Assembly (NCBI GenBank): GCA_012295275.1
Contig: CM022679.1
Span: forward strand, 11,904,001-11,968,000
DNA: 64,000 nt
Source of the DNA: Chrysomallon squamiferum
Taxonomy: Eukaryota; Animalia; Mollusca
Direction: 5' to 3'
Made by a program: the position numbers and the translations under genes. A model generated the notes under the pieces. The model made no database searches. It was not told where the DNA came from and saw only the letters and a list, made by a program, of their open reading frames with translations. Below are positions 53,252 through 59,786 of this stretch, one piece after another; the first letter of the stretch is position 1; each line of letters begins with the position of its first letter.

Positions 53252-54174
53252 GTTTCATAATTCTGAGATGAATTAAGACTAATTATTATTTTAAAACAGT
53301 TTTTTGATTGTCATCTTCTTGACAGTATTAGAATATGTAATAATTTTAACTAATCATTGCCAGGATAAAATAAAACTATGAAAATGATTATGACTTCTTC
53401 TGCACACAGATCTAAGTAGTAACAGTCAAATGGGAGATGTTCTTGGAGGTGCCATTGGTAGTGGAGTTGCATTACTTACTGTTTTACTTATTATCACTGG
53501 ATGTGTAGTGAGGAAAAGGTGAGAAATAAAACCTTTTTTTTGTCAGTCTTGTGTGTTCATTCTGAACTTTTTGCAGAAGTTCAGTGAAAGTTAAAGATAA
53601 TGTAGCTTTCTGAGACTTTGTTTCTTACAAAAAAAAAAAAATATACATAATTCTTGGTGCCTTGAAGAACATCACATACTTTTCAGCTTTTTTTATAATT
53701 TAATGATTATTTTCAGTCAAAATAACGTTGATGGCAATGGGATAATTTAAAATGTTTTGTGGTGATCTTCGGAATTTTTATTGACTAATTGGTGTTTTTG
53801 GTTAAGGGTTACTATTCTAATGATATTCAGAAATGCTGCTAGTGTAGGTTTATAAAATTATAATTAACAAAATGTAAAAGAATATGAATAAAATGGTATT
53901 TTATATTTTTTTAAATATAAGGAGTCAGGATAAAAAGAAATTAATGAAATCGACAAGGAGCATCAATTCTGAATTTCCTTCATTTCCTTCATTTCTGGGT
54001 CCCATGGAGTCCTTGCCGTACCTTGCGTACAAAAGTCAGTATTTAAATCCAATGTTTGACAATACGGAAATGATTGACTACTATAATCCAACTGGAATCA
54101 GTGCATTTGACACACCACAGTTTATACCTTACACAGATGATGCAATGCCACCAGAAGAACAAAATCATCCTTGA
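1002..54174 (+). CDS. uif: Uninflatable-like (uif/SVEP1-related) giant multidomain single-pass membrane protein; 76 coding exons, about 4,150 aa, 5' end incomplete
   Basis: Manual splicing at GT/GC-AG sites gives one open frame; exon lengths sum to 12,447 nt, divisible by 3, ending at TGA 54172-54174. The domain order and the EGF insert [10 protein letters not shown]...[18 protein letters not shown] match my recollection of Drosophila Uninflatable. Orthologue versus paralogue is untested. Confidence 0.85.
1103..1160 (+). repeat. (AAT)n microsatellite; others at about 735-790, 8681-8709, 15942-15970, 35335-35362 and 53212-53250
   Basis: Visible directly in the sequence. Confidence 0.95.
4331..4426 (+). 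CDS. Exon: LDL-receptor class A domain
   Basis: [35 protein letters not shown] contains the CDGxxDCxxxxDE motif. Confidence 0.9.
4649..7677 (+). CDS. Exons 4649-4770, 5103-5307, 5924-6075, 6581-6779, 7092-7270, 7509-7677: three CUB domains
   Basis: [44 protein letters not shown]...CSWTV and IYNG...YLTFTS. Each CUB is split 1-0/0-1 over two exons. Confidence 0.9.
8242..10290 (+). CDS. Exons 8242-8433, 8766-8945, 9603-9785, 10111-10290: four CCP/sushi domains
   Basis: C...VxYxCxxGY...xCxxxGxWS...PxC pattern, one domain per phase 1-1 exon. Confidence 0.9.
10760..11460 (+). CDS. Exons 10760-10885, 11269-11460: two calcium-binding EGF domains, the second with the Uif-type insert
   Basis: DKDEC...[16 protein letters not shown]; [31 protein letters not shown]...[18 protein letters not shown]. 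Confidence 0.9.
11730..14495 (+). CDS. Exons 11730-11909, 12158-12370, 13182-13376, 14307-14495: four CCP/sushi(-like) domains
   Basis: [21 protein letters not shown]; [14 protein letters not shown]; [32 protein letters not shown]. Confidence 0.88.
14664..16520 (+). CDS. Exons 14664-14903, 15471-15701 (two HYR domains) and 16320-16520 (CCP-like)
   Basis: [10 protein letters not shown]...[11 protein letters not shown]...[19 protein letters not shown] is the HYR signature; RIPPELECP...SACAFQVEI. Confidence 0.85.
17630..21736 (+). CDS. Exons 17630-17841, 18634-18856 (SEA-like spacer module) and 19305-19457, 20123-20281, 21575-21736 (three ephrin-receptor-like/GCC2_GCC3 Cys repeats)
   Basis: CxxCxxGxYQxxxGQTSCxxC and CxxGxYSxxGxxPCxxCP repeats. 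The SEA-like label for the spacer is inference from its alpha/beta pattern. Confidence 0.8.
22205..28882 (+). CDS. Notch-like tandem EGF array: exons 22205-22285, 22398-22511, 24013-24151, 24360-24490, 25047-25262, 25568-25804, 26954-27078, 27443-27636, 27946-28073, 28378-28491, 28739-28882
   Basis: Repeated CxxxPCxxGxC...YxCxCxxGFxGxxC units, e.g. [37 protein letters not shown]. Confidence 0.92.
22820..23065 (+). CDS. Exon: PAN/apple-like domain (246 nt, phase 1-1)
   Basis: ATKC...[29 protein letters not shown]...QKNC has six Cys with the PAN core CxxxC-x4-C...CxL; acceptor tttttctag, donor T|gtaggt. Confidence 0.72.
29696..32503 (+). CDS. Exons 29696-29861, 31372-31566, 32244-32503: LamG/pentraxin-like domain
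   Basis: [29 protein letters not shown] and [20 protein letters not shown] are concanavalin-like (LamG3/pentraxin) motifs. Confidence 0.88.
32856..36898 (+). CDS. Exons 32856-32990, 33334-33429 (HYR), 33882-34070 (CCP-like), 34902-35124, 35727-35811, 36802-36898 (SEA-like module)
   Basis: [11 protein letters not shown]...[28 protein letters not shown]; the exon phases join consistently. Confidence 0.8.
36422..36478 (+). repeat. 28-bp tandem duplication, intronic
   Basis: ATAACTGTTAACATATCAGAAGAAACAG followed by ATAACTGTTAATATATCAGAATAAACAG. Confidence 0.8.
37054..49181 (+). CDS. 19 tandem ephrin-receptor-like (GCC2_GCC3) Cys-rich repeat exons: 37054-37215, 38002-38157, 38482-38643, 39071-39232, 39358-39534, 40370-40531, 40834-41007, 41127-41291, 41637-41804, 42592-42747, 43601-43750, 44216-44380, 44724-44882, 45376-45534, 46123-46287, 46580-46744, 47439-47606, 48316-48480, 49014-49181
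   Basis: Each exon is 150-177 nt, phase 1-1 and stop-free, and encodes CxxGxY...CxxCxxGxYQ...CxxC...TTxxxGSxSxxxC. Confidence 0.9.
45539..45616 (+). repeat. (GT)n microsatellite directly after a splice donor; other (GT/CA)n tracts at about 8465-8511, 24679-24721, 37759-37776 and 38992-39019
   Basis: Visible directly in the sequence. Confidence 0.95.
50203..53002 (+). CDS. Exons 50203-50467, 51359-51452, 51720-51813 (SEA-like module with RRRR), 52176-52319 (Cys repeat), 52889-53002 (juxtamembrane EGF)
   Basis: [12 protein letters not shown]; [22 protein letters not shown]; [14 protein letters not shown]...[13 protein letters not shown]. Confidence 0.85.
53410..54174 (+). CDS. Exons 53410-53518 (transmembrane helix) and 53922-54174 (cytoplasmic tail and stop)
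   Basis: [24 protein letters not shown] is followed by the basic stop-transfer RKRSQDKKK; the tail ends ...PPEEQNHP*. Confidence 0.88.
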
Positions 54175-54844
54175 TCTGCTGGCCAGCAACACTGCCATAA
54201 GGCCAAATCAACCATTACTGATGGAAACTTAAAGCTGCTGAAAGGAAAACTGGACAAACATAATTTTATAAAAATATAAAAGTATCCTACACACCTACCT
54301 AAACACATACACACAGACACACACATATACACTGGTTTTATGTACATTATCTTTGTCTTTGATTAAAAAAAGGTACAAGTAATCCTCAAAACAAAACAAA
54401 AAATCATAATCGCTTTAAAAATTATAGATAATCTTTCAGAAAAATGCTTATGTGTCCATGTATAATTAAAATGGACTTTCATTTTTGTTAGATGATTTGA
54501 AAATATAATAATAATCTCATCTTACAACCTATAAATTAATAACAAATTGTGAAGTGCTATATCCTAAACTATATATAATGAAATTTGTTTTTCTAATTTT
54601 GTTTTGGTAATGTATGTTTAGCTACATATTTGAACCCTTAAGCACTGGTGGTGGTATGACAGAAGATGTTTTTAATAATTTTGATATTTTATTTGTGACT
54701 GTTAATTAGTTAATAGTCCCAAGTTGTAATAGACAGAAAAAAGTTGTATTTGATTCTTGGTGGTGGGGTAACATTCCTTATAATTAATCATTTTGATATT
54801 TTATATGCAACAGTTATACCTAATAGAAGTAATATTTACTATGT

Positions 54845-54958
54845 ATTATTAATATTTTTGATATATGTACTACTATTATTAATATTTTTGATATATGTAC
54901 TGCCTATTATTAATATTTTTGATATATGTACTACCTGTTATTAATATTTTTGATATTT
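54845..54958 (+). repeat. Minisatellite with a unit of about 30-31 bp, about 4 copies, in the probable 3' UTR
   Basis: TATTATTAATATTTTTGATATATGTACTAC(C) repeated. Confidence 0.85.
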
Positions 54959-56068
54959 TTAATGTGTTAGATTAATTAATATATCCAAGAAGTCATAGCC
55001 AAATGAAATATTTAGATGTCACTGGAGATGATGTAACTGTAGTTGTTATTGATAATTTTGATATTTCATTTACAGTGGGTAATTAATTGATTATTGTTCT
55101 GATCATGTTTTCAACATTGGTGTGTATGTTATAACACTGCATAATTTCAGTGCCTTCATGCTTTTTTATTAATTTTTCATAAGCCAACAGTTCAAATGTC
55201 TGTTACTGTTAGAAGATTTGATTTGTGAAGTCTGATTTAGGTTTCACAATAAGTAAGTTATTGTCAGCTATAAGCTTACTTGAATTCATCAGCTGGACAA
55301 ATGAAATTTGCATTACATGAAAAGATAATTTTTTATTTTAATTCTATATATATATTACCAATTAATAATAAAAATGTCTGTTTTTTTACCCATTATATTG
55401 CTAACAGTTTTATTGAATAATAAATATTAATGTATAAAATAATGACATTTTTGTTTCATTTGTTACAATTTTAAAAGTTGTATCAAATTAATTATTCTCA
55501 TATACTCGGCTACATATGATACACATATTTAACTTGGATCTTCAAATTCTTTTTCTCAAACAAATATATATACATAAATTTTTTGAATAAAAGATGAACA
55601 TAATGACTTAAATACAACTACTTTCACAAGCTTTAAAAGAAGCAATACTCATTTATATTTTTGTTAAACTATATTTTTTTTTATAATATAATCAGTATTG
55701 AAAATGACCTGTTTTTATTTTCAAAGCATTAAATTAAATATTTAAACTGCATGAATGGAAACCATTATCATGCACTTTTATTACTACCTCAATAAATCAG
55801 CATTAAAATTACATTTACTTACTTTGAGTTGGCTAAATAATTTTTTTCCATTTCAAAACTGCATAAAAAATGTAGATTTCGCCTTAACAAATAAATGTAT
55901 AACATTATTAATATGAATCAAATTTCTGAGAGTATCTTCCTCCTGTAAATAAATATTTGGGAATATTATACTTTTGGGATCATTTCAGAATTAATGTCAA
56001 GTTTAAAGTTAGTTTTTTTGGACATTATTAGACAGAAATAATCAGTCTTTAAATAATGTTAGATTCTG

Positions 56069-56111
56069 ACAGATTAGATATAACTTCAGTCTGAAGTTAT
56101 ATATAATCTGT
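56069..56111. repeat. 43-bp near-perfect palindrome
   Basis: ACAGATTAGATATAACTTCAG-T-CTGAAGTTATATATAATCTGT: 21-bp arms with 1 mismatch. Confidence 0.85.
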
Positions 56112-56739
56112 TAATAATCTTAGAAAACAAATGCAGAGCCAAAAGATGATGTCAGGTATAATATTATAGTTGAAGATTCTGTCTGGAATAGTTTATATAT
56201 ATACAAGGTGTCCTTGTTTTATTCCAGTTGAAAATAACGCCAGTTTACGTTTTTCTTAAAATCTCCAAAGTATGAGAAAAAAAAATTAAATTAAAAATTA
56301 TCAAAAAAATTAATTAAATTAAATTAACTTTAATATATATAATAAGAATGAATAAATAAAATATTTCAAACAAAATTTTCTTTAACTGTTTGAAAAAGTA
56401 ATAAATTTAAAACATATTTTAACTTGTATCACGAGCTTGCAAGGATTTGAGCCAGCGGTGGAAAGTGCTACAGTCATGCATAACATTTTAAAGTCAGCTT
56501 AGAGGCCTATTTAGATTCTGTTGAAACTGCTTGTTGATAGGAAAGGATAATAAAACATCTTTGCAAAAGATTTCGCAGATTTGGCGCGAACAGATGAACA
56601 GAAGGATGAAGATGAAGCAGAATGTGTTTCGAAAATTATTGCCAGGATTGAAGTGTCATTTTTGAATGAAGCATCTTATAAAAATTTTAATTTTAATTAA
56701 AAGACTGAGTCATTATATCTCTCGTAATATATAATATAT

Positions 56740-57168
56740 TAGTCCGGTGGCAGGGACCGATAAGCGTGCATTGCGGTCCGTACAAAGTTTTTTTGCTGTT
56801 TCTATACCTCCGAGATGAGTTCTTTAAGAATCTGAATGATGCCACTCTGTCATCCTTGGGCAATCCGCACAATATGCAAATTAAGGCCGCCATTACTGAA
56901 AATCTTGTTTTCGTCAATATCTCAGTAACTATGCATGGTATCAAAATAATTTTGGTGTCTATCCCCATGTTTTGAGTGGTAAAGAATCAGATTAAGCCAT
57001 TTCAGTCAAGATCACACCAATATTTTCTGCAAAATATGCAAAAATCAACTTCAGTGTATATCCGAGTCGTTACAGAACATCCCCTTTATATATGCTGAGG
57101 CATCTTGCCATTACTGATTTGATCAAACAAGTCACTTTCAACAACATTGTCACAGTCATCAACCCGTC
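56740..57168. repeat. Left (ORF 3'-side) long terminal inverted repeat of the Academ element
   Basis: Reverse complement of 59300-59786 over about 400 bp, e.g. GTCCGTACAAAGTTTTTTTGCTGTTTCTATACCTC against GAGGTATAGAAACAGCAAAAAAACTTTGTACGGAC. Confidence 0.93.
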
Positions 57169-59293
57169 GGGTGTGCTCATTCCGGCAGTGTGCTTCTCCG
57201 TGACATCCACAAACATCCACAAACATGCTGTCGAACAGGGTGTATCCGTAGCACAACCACACCTTATCGTTTCCAGCACCTCCCTAGTGGAGCAACACTA
57301 ATGTTTGGTTGCAATGTTACTGGGATCAAGCATCTAGTACGTTCGTCACGTTCCCATCCGAACTAGACAGGATCTAATGCTGGAGGTTCTGAGTTGAGTG
57401 TTGATTTCCAAATAGCAGTCTGAATGTGCGCCCGCTTTACGTTCTCTTCGAATGCCTCTTTAGAAGGTGGAAGTGACTGAAGCTCTGGAGCCTTTGTCAA
57501 ATTTTTTCTACCCATCCTTCGCGACTAGACTTCTCCGCGGACCTCAGACCCTTTTGACCCCGTAGCAGGCAGCCATGAATGTTGTCGCTTATTCAATGAT
57601 GTCACCTATGTCATCAGATAATATGCCCAATTTGAGCAGTTCTACACCACTCTTAAGGACTTTGATGACGGTGCTTTTTCCTACTCCGAAGCACTGAGCC
57701 ACGGTGTCACAGCCTGAGAGGGCATGGGCGGCTGGCAGTTGTGAAAGCAAGTGTCCATGTTCATTTGCACATTCCCCAATGTCTATAGTAGTTCGTTCAG
57801 CACTTGGTCCTTCCATTGTAAGATGACAGGTCAGGTTCAACTTTGCGTAGAAATGCAGCAGGAGGACAAAACGTCTGTGTCCTCACATACGATGTTGATT
57901 CTTTTCACGCCACTTTCAGCTGCCTTAACCATTTGCTGTATGATTATTACATCCGCTTCTTCATGGCAAGTCATGAGATCTTCCCTACGGAAGACAATGC
58001 CATCCTGAATTACAACTGGTACAGAGTCAGTAGAAGTAATGACCAGTATGTGTTCACCTGTGCTTTCTGGATCAAATTCTGACATATCATGTCTATGACC
58101 TGTACCTTATTCTCAGTTACTGTAAGGATAACCTTCTGGGGTGGCAATGGAGTATGTAACTGCAGTTTGTGTCGTCGGCTCGCTTCGTCACCAGCTCGAG
58201 CTGCCTGCGTTCCACTTTTAATGCTGAAGTCGAAGTGGCGATCAAAGATCAGGTTTGTGTCCTGGCTTGCCACCTTTTCATCACATTCCTCGTGAAGCCG
58301 TTGACAAAATCTGCCCCAGTTCCTTGATTAGGCCAGTTTATGTCCCAAAGGATAGCACAGCCATCCAGTATTTCTACCTCTAATTTCTCAAACAAACGCT
58401 GGGACACAGTCACCTGCAGATTCTTCTTCAGCGTTGATTTCGTAGTTGCGATTTTCATTTTGCCTTCATCATCAAACACTGAGGTAGGCACGGGTGACAG
58501 TTCATGCGCAAGGACAGTTTTGATATCAATATCTCGAGACTGATGCAACCCTAGTACCCGCGATTAGATGAGATTCATGTCATACACATTATTGTTCCCA
58601 ACCCTTACTGCCTTTCTCTTCACTGCTATGGTCACCACCAACTTGGATAAGGATGCATTAAATCCGCCAGGCCAGCTGTTTTCAAATGACACAAGTTGAC
58701 CATTCCCAATATCCACTGCGTCATGTGCGTTCACCGTTTCAGGTGCAATCCGACCAGTAACGACATTGATCAAACCAACGGGATGACCAGTTGGATCCAG
58801 GGGATCGATGCAAGTCAGAAGTTTATCTCGTATCTTGACCCTGTCCTTGGCATCCGAAGTGATGCGTGATGGCTTCTCTTCTTTAATGACTCGTTACCTC
58901 CCTCTCTCCACTGTCATCGGACATGTCCGCGATATTTTGAACGATCATGCTGCAGGTGTGCATACTGTATACCCATCGTTTTAGGGTTTCGGGCTTCAGG
59001 GTTATGCCTATGATTCCATTTGGACCATGCCCGTAACGCATGAAGGTTGTCTCTATCCACATGTCGGACCAGATCCCGTTCCAGAGTACCGGCTTGTGCC
59101 GCATGGTGTGTTCACCTCTCATGAAGCTCTGAAGCACTTCAGGTGGGAGACGCTTCATTGTACTCAGGTAGTACAACCCGTATCTCGCGTAGTTGAAGTG
59201 AGCAGAGGCAAAAAAGTATGGCATCATTTGCTCTACTGCCCAGAGGTGGAGTGGCCAATCTGCCTCTCGTTCCGCCCGCACGAAGACCATCAT
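57087..59293 (-). pseudogene. Disrupted Academ transposase-XPG/PIN nuclease-Cys zinc-finger polyprotein (C-terminal part only)
   Basis: Collinear fragments RAEREADWPLHL...YFFASAHFNYARY, HKEEKPSR, HELSPVPTSVFD, ILDG, IFDRHFDFSIK, CHEEAD, EDTDV, HALSGCDT...GVGK, CGC...PCST...GCHG...CRN, separated by several frameshifts and stops (e.g. about 58885, 58565). Confidence 0.85.
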
Positions 59294-59299
59294 GATGAA

Positions 59300-59786
59300 G
59301 ACGGGTTGATGACTGTGACAATGTTGTTGAAAGTGACTTGTTTGAGGACTGAGTCAAATCAGTAATGGCAACATGTCTCAGCAAAAGTAAAGGGGATGTT
59401 CTGTAACGACTCGGATATACACTGAAGTTGATTTTTGGTTTATTTTTCAGAAAAATATTGGACACCAAAATTATTTTGATACCATCTTGACTGAAATGGT
59501 GTGATCTTGACTGAAATGGCTTAATCTGATTCTTTACCACTCAAAACATGGGGATAGACACCAAAATTATTTTGATACCATGCATAGTTACTGAAATATT
59601 GACGAAAACAAGATTTTCAGTAATGGCGGCCTTAATTTGCATATTGTGCGGATTGCCCAAGGATGACAGAGTGGCATCATTCAGATTCTTATAGAGCACA
59701 TCTCAGAGGTATAGAAACAGCAAAAAAACTTTGTACGGACTGTATTGCAAGGTTCTCCAAAAATCTGGGGTTTGGCAACCGGACTA
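59300..59786. repeat. Right (ORF 5'-side) long terminal inverted repeat of the Academ element
   Basis: Partner of 56740-57168; carries a 38-bp insertion at 59461-59498. Confidence 0.93.

Larger units (their letters stand above)
56740..59786 (-). mobile_element. Academ-superfamily DNA transposon (AcademX, XPG-nuclease type), internally deleted and decayed
   Basis: Termini TAGTCCGGT...ACCGGACTA; 3-bp TSD TAT (56737-56739, 59787-59789); long inverted repeats; GC-rich interior; minus-strand protein with transposase, XPG/PIN and Cys-finger motifs. Confidence 0.82.

Noticed and set aside
55367-55372. AATAAA followed by a GT/T-rich tract as the poly(A) signal
   Set aside because: AATAAA occurs by chance many times in such AT-rich DNA, so the real site cannot be chosen without 3'-end data.
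56432-56510. Minus-strand tRNA-Tyr-like pieces (GACTGTAG...CGCTGGCTCAAATCC)
   Set aside because: There is no acceptor stem or D-arm and I cannot fold a cloverleaf; at most a decayed SINE relic.
56560-56700. Short acidic open stretch KDFADLARTDEQKDEDEAEC...
   Set aside because: It has no clear start or splice context and no recognisable family.
56693-56975. ORFs of 91 aa (-) and 69 aa (+) at the transposon end, and 59139-59540 (-)
   Set aside because: They lie in the TIRs, mirror each other because of the inverted repeat, and have no protein motifs.
57751-59365. Plus-strand ORFs inside the Academ element
   Set aside because: They are antisense shadows of the GC-rich minus-strand transposase.
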